From positions 31,372,001 through 31,436,000 of the forward strand of contig NC_083283.1 of the NCBI RefSeq assembly GCF_963506605.1: 64,000 bases of DNA, in the 5' to 3' direction. Origin of the DNA: Zootoca vivipara. Its lineage: Eukaryota. The notes under the pieces were generated by a model. That model searched no databases. It had not been told where the DNA came from and worked only from the letters and a program-made list of their open reading frames with translations. A program made the position numbers and the translations under genes. Each line of letters begins with the position of its first letter. Position 1 is the first letter of the stretch. Positions 10,101 through 21,488 of the stretch are shown one piece after another.

Positions 10101-12167
10101 ACACTGAAAGGTTGTCAGTGAACTCCCCTGCGTTGTGGGGACATGGGGTGGGCTGCCAGTATACACAAGTGTCTTGCTGTGCACACTCCCATATCCCATT
10201 CAACATGAGGAACCCCAGTTCCCCTGGCTTGGGGGGGGGGGCTGGGAGAGATACACACCCAATGCTTAAGCCAAGGTTTTCCTACATCTGAAAGGTTTAA
10301 TAAAGTTGTGGCCAATTTTCATTTCATAACACATTGTCACAAGTCATTATTCCTTCTGGTGGTCTCTTGAGGCCGGGGGGGTCTCTGCCTGGACACGCAA
10401 TAGCAGTAGCATGATATCTTCATCAAGGCCAAGTGAAAGTCATAAAATAATGAGCAATCTATTGAACTGCACAGCACTCTTCTGCGGACGGAAAGTAAGT
10501 ACAGTAATAAAGAGAAGCAAGAAGAAGAGGAAGAAGTTTCCGAGAAAGAGCTTGGCAGAGGCCCAACAATAATATGTTACAGAGTGTTAAGATGGTGAAT
10601 GAGGAAGCTGTCTACAGGCTCACAGAGGGACAAACAAACTGGGTGAGGCCCCAGCATCTCTGATCTGTGTGAAATTTTAGAAATTGCAGTCACCTTGGGG
10701 GGGGGGGGGAGGCTGACCCAGATCAGCACTGACATGCAGGGGGAGGGGTGTAAACCTTTTTACACATACACACTTTCCCCTTTGAAAATTGCTTCCCTTA
10801 AACCAGTGATGGCGAACCTATGGCATGCGTGTCAGACGTGACACGCAGAGCCCTCACTACTGGCACGCGCCCCATCAGCCCATTTGCGCTGCTGTTGTTG
10901 TTTTCCCCCCATTTGTTCTCCCACTCCTCCTCACGCTACAGCTTGTCTCCGCTGTTAAAACTTGGATCCTTTTTGTTGTTGTTGTTGTTGCTGCTGGTGG
11001 TAGCCAGAGATTGGTTTTTTAACCCTTTCTGTGCTGTTTTTCTGGCACTTTGGCAGACGATGATTGGGTGTAACAGCGTTAGTTTTTTAACCCGTTCTGT
11101 GCTGGGTTTTTTAGCGCTTTGGCAGACTATGTCGGTGCTGCTTGTTAGTTCCAGCGAAGGTATTATTCGTCATTTATTTCTGTTCTCTTTCCCCCCCCCC
11201 AAAAGCGCAGCAGCTTTGTGGCACCCCCCCAAAAGCAAAGCAACTTTTGCACTCACACCCCCCAAAACCTCCAAAACTTTGGTCAGCAGCTCCCCCCAAA
11301 AAGCTCAACAACTCTGGGCACTTTTGCACTTTGGTTTTTTTTGGTTTGGTTGAATAATTAGTTTTTGGTTTATTAAATACAGTTCTGTATTACAATTATA
11401 CATCTTTGTTATTTAAACTATGAATATCGTGAAATTATGGTTTTTTCCCTACAAGTGACACACCACCGGAATTATGCTCAGTTTTTGGGCGAATTTTGAC
11501 ACACCAAGCTCAAAAGGTTGCCCATCACTGCCTTAAACTGCTACTTGTCACATTAGCATGCACACATATCTTTTCCCATAATGTAGCAAATAACAGTGTG
11601 TGTGACTTCTGTTGGGGGGGGAATGGAGGCAGGTAGAAAGAGTAATGCACATATTCTGGCCTGGTCACATTCAAATCACACCCCTACCCCCACCCCCACA
11701 GAACTGCTATTTGCAAATGTTTAAAGAAACCTGAGATGCATGAAAATAACTGAATTTGGCCCTCAGTTAGTTTGTGCCAAGTGTGAAATATCTCCGATTG
11801 CACCAAAGTATATTAGGACCGAGAAGCAATGCCTGCTCTCCCTTGAAAACTATAAAAGCCAGCAATTATTCAGCTTGTTCTCCAGCATTATTTGCAACAC
11901 ACATTTTTTTTCTGTCTTAAAGAAATGGAAATTGGAGACAGAAATTAATGTGTGCAATCCTAATGAAAGCACCTGGAGCTTTAATCAGAGGAAAGGGGGA
12001 AGTGATCCTAATTATTTCACAAACACTATTGGAAATTAAAGCCATCTGATACTTTACTTACTGCAGTTGGAATATAAAATGTCTATGTCGTCTGAACTGC
12101 AAAGCAGGTGTCTTTCTTCTGCCACAGTAAATCCACAAACGGAGAGAATCATAACAAGCTGGAACAT
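4032..12167 (-). CDS. LY96: Lymphocyte antigen 96 (MD-2), complete spliced CDS join(12167-12062,9398-9303,8043-7915,5648-5596,4133-4032), 161 aa
   Basis: Five exons (106/96/129/53/102 nt) with GT-AG ends and matching phases give MFQLVMILSVCGFTVAEERHLLCSSDDIDILYSNCSRGLQTKDFSFKVEPCSLKGQSVWWGSLFWIPRADLTILRAHVNIWAKGFEAVKWKGVLCEGVDDGYTFCGALKGETINTTVRISGREPTYEEGEYTIVVKGFAGHHKELIACLNYTIIIKQPLSN*. It has a signal peptide, the six disulfide Cys of MD-2, the C-x-G-x-D-D-x-Y-x-F-C-x-A-L-K-G-E motif and the NTT sequon. Syntenic with TMEM70; AATAAA at 3969-3974. Confidence 0.93.
4536..4855. mobile_element. hAT-family MITE
   Basis: TIRs CAGGGG.../...CCCCTG; 8-bp TSD CTCAAAAG/CTGAAAAG; internal tandem duplication. 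Confidence 0.85.
5596..5648 (-). CDS. LY96: LY96 coding exon 4 (ETINTTVRISGREPTYEE)
   Basis: 53 nt; acceptor tttttctgcAG; donor GTACTT; phase 1-0. Confidence 0.9.
6391..6993. mobile_element. GC/CpG-rich non-autonomous DNA transposon (hAT-like)
   Basis: CAG...CTG ends; perfect 8-bp TSD GCCCTATG; internal inverted repeats. Confidence 0.8.
7282..7616 (+). mobile_element. Sauria SINE
   Basis: tRNA-like head; (ACCTTT)n tail; 13-bp TSD CTATATCATTAGT (7269-7281 / 7617-7629). Confidence 0.9.
7915..8043 (-). CDS. LY96: LY96 coding exon 3 (RADL...LCEGVDDGYTFCGALKG)
   Basis: 129 nt; acceptor tttttatAG; donor GTAAGA. Confidence 0.94.
8094..8341. mobile_element. hAT MITE, same family, one end truncated
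   Basis: Reverse-complement homology to 4536-4855; ends GCTGACCCCTG. Confidence 0.8.
8467..8683. mobile_element. Penelope-like element remnant: inverted pseudo-LTRs forming a perfect 178-bp palindrome with hammerhead motifs
   Basis: 8466-8643 is a perfect inverted repeat centred at 8554/8555; CTGAAGA-stem-GAAAGCTC motif; 12-bp TSD ATAAAATGTCCA (8455-8466 / 8684-8695). Confidence 0.85.
9303..9398 (-). CDS. LY96: LY96 coding exon 2 (FSFKVEPC...LFWIP)
   Basis: Acceptor cAG at 9401-9399; donor GTAAG at 9302-9298; phase 1-1. Confidence 0.9.
9804..10402 (+). mobile_element. Probable solo LTR
   Basis: Short terminal inverted repeat TTGCG...CGCAA; CCAAT at ~9909; TATA-like TTAAATAG at ~9943; AATAAA at ~10299; GC-richer than its flanks. 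Confidence 0.55.
10804..11530. mobile_element. hAT non-autonomous element
   Basis: TIR CAGTGATGG.../...CCATCACTG; perfect 8-bp TSD CCTTAAAC. Confidence 0.88.
12062..12167 (-). CDS. LY96: LY96 coding exon 1 (signal peptide, CSSDD...YSNC)
   Basis: ATG at 12167; donor GTAAGT at 12061-12056; phase 1. Confidence 0.92.
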
Positions 12168-12721
12168 GTTTCTATGTCTGTAAACCATTTCAAGAGCATG
12201 TCACATAGAAGGATACAAGGCGGTATTGCATCATTTTTACTTAAGAGGAAGAAAGTTACGCTTAGTCACCCACCCCCAGACATGTGATTTCAGGGGCTTT
12301 TTTCCCCTTTTCGTTTCTACAGAAGGTGCACTACAAATGCTTGAAAGCCTTTCCCAGTCGCTTAAAAAGAATAATTTTGCCAGATTATCCATACCTAACC
12401 TAGTTTGGAAAAAAACTACATTTCAAGAGGAGAATTCTAAAAAGACAAGAAAACTATTGAACCATCATGTTTGTCTCACAATATCAAACGAGGAAGTTGC
12501 TCATGATCATCTGAGCTCATGATGGTACCAGGGTGGTCATGCATAACCCTGCTTTCAATGCCTGCAAAGGTTTGGGGGTGCACATATTGCTTCCCTTCCC
12601 ATCTGTGCCTGTCCTATAGCTTGTGGCTGAAATCCTAGAATACTTCATACTACAATTATTCAAGAGTTGTTGTTTTTGTACTGCTTCTGTTGTGTCCTCC
12701 AAATGCCAGACAACAAACATG

Positions 12722-12836
12722 CAGGTAGGTAGCCGTGTTGGTCTGACGTAGTCGAAACAAAATAAAAAAATTCCTTCCAGTAGCACCTTTGGTCTTTAAG
12801 GTGCTACTGGAAGGAATTTTTTAAATTTTGTTTCAA
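12722..12836 (-). mobile_element. Penelope-like remnant (same family, internally deleted inverted structure)
   Basis: Shares AACACGGCTACCTACCTG and AAGGTGCTACT..AAGGAATTTTT with 8467-8683; near-perfect flanking repeat CAACAAA(C/A)ATGCAG. Confidence 0.75.
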
Positions 12837-14068
12837 CAAAAATGCAGTGATTTGGCATTTCAGAACTAATAAAGCAGAATGACAGGTGTGGGGGTGTTTG
12901 CTTGTGCATGTGTGTGTAGTAGTTGATAAAAGGTAGGTGAAACTGTTGTTATGGTTAAAAAGAAATTCAGAAAATATTTATAGATCTGAGTAAACTACCA
13001 TCTTATTTATTGAGGTATATGCTATGTATGAAAATATTGTTTACCCAGAGAACCTGCATAGAAACATTTCCTGTAGAACGTATTATTGCTATGAAATCTC
13101 TGGACTTTGATATAGTTAGGATACACCAGGGATGGATCTACTATGGAACTAATTAAGCTTACGCTTCAGGGCCCCTAATCCTGAAGGGGTCCACGTTGCT
13201 TAATTTGGGGGGGGGGGTCTAGTAGACTCAATTTGAGTTGCATGATTCAAATGGATCATTTTATTTTTTTATTAATACACACAGCTGCAGTCTGTGCCTT
13301 CCTCTGCTCATCCCTTTTCAATCCCCTCCTGGTTCTGAGAGACAGTGGTGCAGGAGACAGTGGGGAAGCACCTGGCCCTTCTGACTTTCTTCTTCATTCT
13401 CTGGAAGCTGCCCCTTCCTCTGCCTCTTGCCTGGTCCAGTTCCCCACAAATCACAGCCCTCCTTCCCGCGGTGCACACTCGTCAGTGTCATGCCAGTCCC
13501 CGACACCAACACTATGTAACACCTCTGCTGAGGGAGATTTACTGGCTGTCAGTATGGTACTAGCCACAGTTCAAGATTTTGGTTTTAGGTATTTACAGAC
13601 CTAAGCAACTTGGGACCAAATTATCCAAGGGACCACCTTGTCCTATATAACCCTGCCCAGCAACTGCACTGCTCACAAGGGCCACTGCCAAGAGTATCAC
13701 CTGCCCCATGGGCACAGTTGTACTAGAAAACAGCCTTCAGTGCTGCAGGTCAAACTCTCTAAAATCAGTTACTTGAAGTTAGACAAGCACATAGCATCTT
13801 GATACTTAGGTAGCTGCTGAATAAATTTAAGACCCCATAAATTTATGGAATATTAACCGGAACATCGTATAATTTGTTGGATTTTTAGCATATTCAGTAC
13901 GTTTCTTTGTATTTTATTGCACACCACATCAGTAGCATTTGGCTGCATTTTATAATTCTGCAAAATAAAATGAAAAATATTGTGTTAATAATTCCACTTC
14001 TTTGAATTATTATATGTACAGCTGCCTGTAATGCTTGTTTATGTCAAGAGTCTTTAAAGATGTGGGTA

Positions 14069-14256
14069 CAGTAAAACCTCGGTTTATGAACACCTCGGTT
14101 TACGAATTTTTGGTTTACGAATGCTGTGGACCCATCTGGAACGGATTAATTCACTTTCCATTACTTTCAATGGGAAAGTTCGCTTCAGTTTATGAACGCT
14201 TCAGTTTATGAACAGACTTCCGGAACCAATTGTGTTCATAAACCGAGGTACCACTG
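14069..14256. mobile_element. Tc1/mariner(pogo)-type MITE
   Basis: TA-CAGT...ACTG-TA with ~25-bp TIRs. Confidence 0.85.
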
Positions 14257-14916
14257 TATTTTCAAGGCCTCACTAATGCTACAGTTATGAGTCCCTCTAG
14301 TGGTTTATATAGGTAGAGACATCTTAGCAAACCCTTGTTGCGTTCCTTGATACTCTTTTCAGGATATTCAATTTTTAACATTTGAGACCAAAGAGGTTTT
14401 CAGGTACACCAAAATCTTAACCCTTTCTTAACCATGCACTCCCCCAGCAATTTAAGAACTGTTCCATCTGCACAGAAAGCTATAGTTAATGGTTCTGAAT
14501 CCTGGCTTGTTTGGATAGTCATTAACTGTCGTTCCTGTTACATCTGAAATGGAAAACTACAGTTAATGGGGCTTCCTGAATTGTTTCCCTGCTTGAATAA
14601 AGGGTAAAAGAGCTGTGTATGGTTGCAAGGAGTTCATGCATATGTTGGCTTAATTTGATTTTCCAAAGATGACCAAAAGACTCTTTCGTATGATTAAAAG
14701 CAAGCCTTCAACTAATCAAAGATCGACCAAACATCACCCCATTTATGTAAATTCCTTTTGTAACCAACTCCAGTTTTATTCATTTTAATCAGTGTTCCTT
14801 TCACTGAACAAACTACTTTTAATGAAGAAAAAAAGTGCTCTAGGATTTTGTATCCTGGATTCTATGAAAGAATTATCAATAGCCTGCACGTATACACACA
14901 TTTTATTCAGAAACAT

Positions 14917-15365
14917 CTACTTCCCTTCGCTGGATTCTTTTGATTCTTCAAAGTCAAACGTGAAGGGCTTGTCATAACCCATAAGGTGATTATAGTCTTC
15001 AGGATATTGAAAAAGCATAGGGTTAACAAGCATTGATTTCGTTTTAGCATAAAACGTCGTGAACATCTTGCTGATGTCGGGAACCTTCACATCCTTTTGA
15101 TGGAACACGGTTTTCTTTTCCGACAAAATAACATTATACGTAATAGCTGTGTAAGTGTCTGTTTCAGGCTTATGGTACAGGCGGATAATGTAACCCTTTG
15201 TAATCAAATGCAGGGTAACGGGAGTTACAAATGTAAAGAATCCTAAAACGCTATAAAACATAACTTGCAAGGGAAGGTTGTCGACAACCACACCAGTTTT
15301 GTAGAAGATAATAGGTATCATGCTGAGACTAAACATGCTGGTAGAGTAAGAGAAGAACTTCACGC
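14917..15365 (-). CDS. TMEM70: TMEM70 coding exon 3
   Basis: ORF 14917..15363; acceptor ctttctcttgcAG; TAG stop. Confidence 0.96.
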
Positions 15366-16932
15366 CTGCAAGAGAAAGACAAATTAATATTTAGAGACTG
15401 GAAATAGCTTGTGAGTCCATACATTCCCACCATGCCTTAGCATCCTCAGAAGGGCAGCTGTTACCATGTTAGACACTAAAGGTAAAAGGGACCCCTGATC
15501 ATTCGGTCCAGTCGTGACCGACTCTGGGCGCTCTGCGGCGCTCATCTCACGTTATTGGCCGAGGGAGCCGGTGTACAGCTTCCAGGTCATGTGGCCAGCA
15601 TGACTAAGCCGCTTCTGGCGAACCAGAGCAGCACATAGAAACGCTGTTTACCTTCCCTCTGTAGCAGTACCTATTTATCTACTTGCACTTTGAGGTGCTT
15701 TCGAACTGCTAGGTTAGCAGGAGCAGGGACCAAGCAATGGGAGCTCACCCCGTCACAGTGATTCGAACCGCCAACCTTCTGATCGGCAAGCCCTAGGCTT
15801 AGTGGTTTAACCCACAGCGCCACCTGCGTCCCTTCATGTTAGACACTCCCCCCCAAAAAAATCATTTGAATGTTGTTTAACCCTCTCAGAGCAACAATTC
15901 CCAGCACCCTTAACAAACTATAGTTCTTATGATTTTGGGGGAGGGAAGCAGAATGTGCTTTTAAATGTATTGTGTGTATGTTTAGGAAAGTTTTTAATGT
16001 TTGATGTTTTATCATGTTTTTGATATTCTGTTGGGAGCCACCCAGAGTGGCTGGGGAAAACCAGCCAGATGGTCAGGGTATAAATAAATAAATAATAATA
16101 ACAATAATAATAATAATAATTATGCAGCCCTGGGTTACAGAGAGTGACATATTGCCACTAGGGCTGTTCCACCTGGCCTTTGCATATCAAAGACCAGAAG
16201 AAGCAGTGCTCCACTGCTGACACTTCCCCCAGGTATCAAATTCACTTGGGAAATCCTCAACTGCCATAGAAGCAAGGCATTCTGACTTATGTCCCTTACA
16301 CGAGTTTCTTGTGGACAGAGGGTCCCAATTCCCAGTGAAAAGTAATTTTAAATACTTCAGAGTGTTCAGAACCAAAGCATAACAAGACACCTAACCCTTA
16401 TATACTCACCTAGCACTGCCCTTGCCATATTTCCACGATAAACTAATCTGCCATATTCAGAATCTTCATGCAGGGAGGATGTGCTGAAGCTGCGAAGAGG
16501 CTGCACATGGAAAGATGGAACCTGCAGCAAAAACAGATACACATGTATTTGATTCTACATGCACCGTTCACTAAATCACACGGGAAGAATATGGCTCATC
16601 ATGGCTAACAGTGCATCTGATGAGTAAACTATCCACCGCCTGTCACTTGACCCCATTCAGAATTAAAGCGAGCACTCCCGGGACGACACTACCACTAGAA
16701 AAAGAAGCGCTCCACGCGGCAGCACCTGCTCGCTCGCGACGATCGCGGAGAGAGATCCCGGGGCTCCACGCCACCCGACTCGCGGCCTGCATAGGGGAGC
16801 CACGGAGCGCTGGCCCGACTCCAGGACTCCAGGACGCTTCTCGGTAAACAGGAGCGCATGACATCTCCCGGCGCCTCGCAGCCACAGTCGGAGGCTGGGC
16901 GCGCGAAGGCGAACCCCAGCCCGGAGCAGCAT
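14917..16932 (-). CDS. TMEM70: Transmembrane protein 70, mitochondrial; join(16932-16726,16521-16410,15365-14917), 255 aa
   Basis: Arg-rich presequence-like exon 1 in a CpG island; exon 2 [15 protein letters not shown]; exon 3 VKFFSYSTS...[11 protein letters not shown]...[11 protein letters not shown]. Phases are consistent and the total is 768 nt. Confidence 0.95.
15478..15834 (-). mobile_element. Sauria SINE in TMEM70 intron 2
   Basis: Same family; 13-bp TSD CATGTTAGACACT. Confidence 0.9.
16410..16521 (-). CDS. TMEM70: TMEM70 coding exon 2
   Basis: 112 nt, VPSFHV...RAVL(G); donor GTGAGT. Confidence 0.93.
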
Positions 16933-17240
16933 CTCCTGCACCCCACGCGAGGCGTCCTCCCCTGCTTAAGTCGGATCCAGGGCAAGCAAAGCCGCCGCCT
17001 CGATCCTTCCCCTTCCGGTGCAGCTTGGCCGGGAAGGAGGGGCTGGGAGCCGGCTCGCCTTTGCTCGCTTCTCACACGTGAATTTCAAGCCAGGCGTTCG
17101 CTAGGAAAGCGGAATCTTTGGTTACAAACCTGCCTGGAATTTTGGCCGTTTAGGTGGTAAATCGGGATCTGTTAGTACATCTGCAGCAAAGATTCTTTCG
17201 TTCGGACAGCAGCAGCAGCAACACCCCCGCTCCCGCCCCA
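16650..17240 (-). promoter_or_regulatory. TMEM70 CpG island/promoter
   Basis: CpG-rich region over exon 1; E-box CACGTG at 17075-17080; GC box at ~17232. Confidence 0.65.
16726..16932 (-). CDS. TMEM70: TMEM70 coding exon 1 (mitochondrial targeting peptide)
   Basis: ATG at 16932 ([10 protein letters not shown]...). The donor CAG|GTGCTG is weak but gives the required phase 0. Confidence 0.75.
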
Positions 17241-17939
17241 GAATCGTAGAATCATAGAGCTGAAAGAGACCACAAGGGCCACCCAGTCCAACCCCCTGCT
17301 GTTTCTGGAAGGGATCCTAAGCTCAAGATCCGGAGAGGAAGCACAATGGGGCTCAATTGCGAGTAAACTTTATTAATTAGATTTCTATTCCACCTTCCCA
17401 CCAAGTGGTGCTTTGGTCAGTGAAATACAAAGTAAAAAAGTGAAACATAAAAACAAGTAGGTATAACATTAGTAAAATAATGTTTTACTATTTATCGAAT
17501 TTGAAAGGGGGGGAGCCAGTTGAGCAAATTGCACATTAATAGAGAACAAGAGGCCACAAGCACATGCAATTGCACTGTTTTTCGTAACATTCTGCATGGG
17601 TTCCAAAGTTTCCCATCATGAATTCTGTTTTTAGGGCAAAGTAATTTTATTCCACAACAGGGCTGTAGCTACAGGGCTATTTTATCTATGGTCTTGAATT
17701 GGGAAACTCTCTCCCCAGGTTGGCATAAATAACAAAGGTGGATAATGATGATTATTATTAATAATAATTTATACCCCTCCCATCTGGCTGGGTTTCCCCA
17801 GCCACTCTGGGTGGCTCCCAACAGAATATTAAAAACACAATAAAAGATCAAACATTAAGAACTTCCCTAAACAGGACTGCTTTCAGGTGTGGCGCACGTC
17901 ATTTGAAACAGACACCAGGTAGCATAAACATGATTATTA

Positions 17940-18800
17940 TTATTTCAAATTAATTATTATTCATTTTTTAAAAAGAACAACAAACATAAACACAAACAAA
18001 ACACAAAAAATTCTTATACAACCTCACTTATTTCTTTTGCATCATGTACGGACTTCCCCCGCCCCCACCCCCACCTGAGGTTCAATGTCCATCATCATCT
18101 TTAGCAGGTTCATCCTCTATTCCTCTAAAATCTTAAACTATATATCTCTTTTAAAAAATTAGCCTCAATCCTAATACAAAATCTTGAAACATACCGAAAA
18201 CCTATCTATACTTCCCTAAGGTATTTTAATGTTACAATATTTTTTCAGATAAATTCTAAACATCTTCCAATCTTCATCAACCTTCTCCTCCTCCTGGTCA
18301 TGGACTCTCCCAGTCATCTCAGTGAGTTCCATGTAATCCAACATCTTCATCTGCCAGTCATTTATTGTTGGCATCTCTTGTGTCTTCCAATGCTTGGCTA
18401 TTAACAGTCTAGCAGCTGTAGTGGCATACAAAAAGAATGCACAGTCTTTTGGGGGGATTTCTTCTACAATTCCAAGCAAAAAGGCCTCTGGTTTTTTTAA
18501 CAAAGGTGTTCTTAAGCACCTTTTCAGTTCATTATAAATCTTTTCCCAGAAATCTTTTATCTTGGGGCACGTCCACCACATGTGGTAAAAGGTACGTTAG
18601 CTTCCTTCTTGCATTTCCAGCATTTGTTATCAGATACACGATGCATTTTTGCTAATTTTACAGGTGTTAAATATCATCCATACATCATTTTCATCATATT
18701 TTCTTTCAAAACATTACATGCGGTAAATTTCATACCTTTTTTCCACAATCTCTCCCAATCATTCAACATAATATTATGCCCCACATCTCTTGCCCAATCA
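17940..18800 (-). mobile_element. L1/Tx1-type LINE 3' fragment
   Basis: HMWWTCPKIKDFW...EAFLLG...TAARLLIAKHWK is the ORF2 C-terminal cysteine-rich region. Confidence 0.85.
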
Positions 18801-20919
18801 TGACTGATTTCAGTTGTTCATCAGCATAAACATGATTTGAGGTGGCCTAAGACTTTTTCAAAAAAGCAGTGGCATTTAAATACTAAGTTCCTTATTTGTA
18901 GACAAATCAGTTGTTTCCAGGAATAACATGCTTGAGGGATTTGGCTGGACATTTTGCTTGGCAATAGTATTGTGTTCACTGCAGCATAAATGTGTGATTT
19001 TTGATGGCCCAATATTTATGGTGGGATGGATAGATACTAAAATCTCATTTCCTTAATTGCATTCCCCAAACAGCAAAATAAAAAATAAAAGAATGGGAGT
19101 ATTTCAGCTTAACTTCTCTAAACTTTGTTTTAGCAGTTGCAGAGCATTTAAATGGGGGAACTTGCTTCTGTTCAGAAGAGGACCATATTGCACTGAAATA
19201 CCAAGTGAAACTGTGCCTACAGCCACTCCACTATGTGAGTGAATGATACGTGAATGATAGTGTTACAGCAGAGACTGAAGTGAAGAAGTTAGGGTTGGAT
19301 TAGGACCAGGAAAACCAAAGTTCAAATCGCTATGAAGCTCACTGTAGACTTTATGCCAGTGATTTTCTTTTTAGCCTAACCTACCTCATAAATAGTTGTT
19401 TTCAGGATAAAATAAGTGTGGGGCAGGGAATAATAATAATATACCGCCATCCTAAGGTTGGGATAAAAATGGAACAGATCTTAGTGTTTAAAATCTTAGC
19501 ACAAGCAACAGAATAAAATAAGAATATACCTCACCCATACAACTGGGTTGACCTAGCCACTTATTAGAATCACAAAGCCTTATAAGATGTGATTTAGAAC
19601 CCTGACAATGTGACACAATTTCAGAATCCACTATGCCCCTCACCAATTCTGCAGAATGGTCCGTCTCAGAAAGCAAGTTCATTTGAAAAGCCAGTATGAA
19701 GTAGTGAATGGAATGCTGGGATTTGGGGTAGGAGTATTCAAGTTAAAATCTTAGCTCAGCTATAAATATTACGTGGGCTTCAGTAAGTCATAAACCTGTC
19801 CTAGAAAATGTTGAATACAAAGTAGGAGAGGCCCCAGAGTTCCTTGGGAGTGCATCACTGGAGAACAATAGACCATATTTTCTACAGATTTTCTACCACT
19901 AAAAAATAAACACCTGGAAACTTTTAAAAATATATTAGTGGTTTACTTAGAACGCTAAATCATACTTCAATCATATCAACATTTACAGTCTAATTGAAAA
20001 AGCACTTAACTTCGAAGTAATATTAAACTCTATAGGATTTATGGGAATTAAGTATTGTAATTAAAGGCAACCATCTTTAATTGTGCATTAAGTACAGTAT
20101 ATTAACAGTGCTTCCTATATATTTCCACTCAGAAGTTAGTCCCCCTGCATTTAGAGTTGTAGCTAAGTATTGGACGATTCTATGAACTGCAATGGAGTCT
20201 CTGTGTAAGGTATTCTACAGAACATCAGGGAAGGGAAGTCTATGGTAGGTAATGTAAGCTATACAAGCATTAGGCAAAAATAGGCATACTAGGAATCTTT
20301 TATATACATACAAAATGTGCTCTACATAGTAAGAGCAATGGTGCAATGATGAATTGTTAATTCGAGAAAGAAAGAAAAGGCCAATGGACCAATTTACTGA
20401 GGAATGAACTATTTTCCAATTCTGAGTTGGTGCTTTTTGTCCTGCATAAAATAAAATCTGATAAACCTTCTCATCCAAAACAGTATGCTAAATATTGGAA
20501 GCCTCGTAGCAATCTACTGTATGTTAATATGCAACTAAATTATACTCAGAGGAGACCCACTGAAATCAATGAACTATTCTGGCAGGTCTACTCTGAGAGT
20601 TATTTTGTTGGATACCATCCATAAGATTTCCCCCCGTTTGTTACATTGGTTGTTTCTTGATAGTTAGTTTTCAGTTAACTTAAAATAATTAGGCCTTGCC
20701 TTCTGAAGACATTTCTCATATTATTTTTGCCCTCCATACTCAAATTGTTTAAGACGCACAATTGCCTGATTCAGTAACTGAGTGCCTCACACACTTTGCG
20801 CTTTCCTGATGCTGCAGGAAAAGCCTCTTTTTTTGAGTTTTCCTCCATTTGTTGCATTTCAAAGTTCAGTACAAGACACAAAAAACAGTTCAAACAAACA
20901 CATATCTAAAATTTAATCT

Positions 20920-21144
20920 TTAAGACAACGCTTGAGTCTTAGCCTGCTGTTCCATTCTCTCCACAGCATTCTTCAAGCATTCTTCATCTTTGAAGAAGTA
21001 CACCCACAGTTTTCTTTCCATCTGTTGTAATTTATCATTCTCCAAAACCTTCTTCTTAGCCTTTATATCAGCAAGAAAATCCACAATAAGCAGATTCAGT
21101 TTATTCAACAGAAATTCCTGCTGTTGAAACTGCTCAGTCAGTTC
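20920..21144 (-). CDS. HAUS3: HAUS3 coding exon 4
   Basis: ELTEQFQQQEFLLNKLN...KTQALS*. Confidence 0.92.
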   Translation of the reverse strand, partial: ELTEQFQQQEFLLNKLNLLIVDFLADIKAKKKVLENDKLQQMERKLWVYFFKDEECLKNAVERMEQQAKTQALS

Positions 21145-21440
21145 CTAAATATGGGGACAAATGCAATAAGATCAGTTTATGTGTACTCTAAATACAGGTT
21201 GAAGTAGAAAACCACCACACTATCTCCTTGCAAACTTCAGCAGCTACTAGCCATACATTTTTAAAGTTTGCTCTTTTAAAAAGCCAAAAATTTATTACCT
21301 AGATTTATTACCTAAATTATTATTATTTAGGGAAGCTTTTAATGTGTGATGGATTTCTGTATTTTAGAATTTCTGTTTTGTTGGAAGCCACCCAGAGTGG
21401 CTGGGGGAACCCGGCCAGATGGGCGGGGTATAAATAATAA

Positions 21441-21488
<48 letters not shown>

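Noticed and set aside
10820-11353. 177-aa hydrophobic ORF
   Set aside because: Lies within a TSD-flanked hAT element and is built from simple repeats.
13233-13604. 123-aa ORF between LY96 and TMEM70
   Set aside because: No recognisable homology or splice context; more like a degraded LTR fragment.
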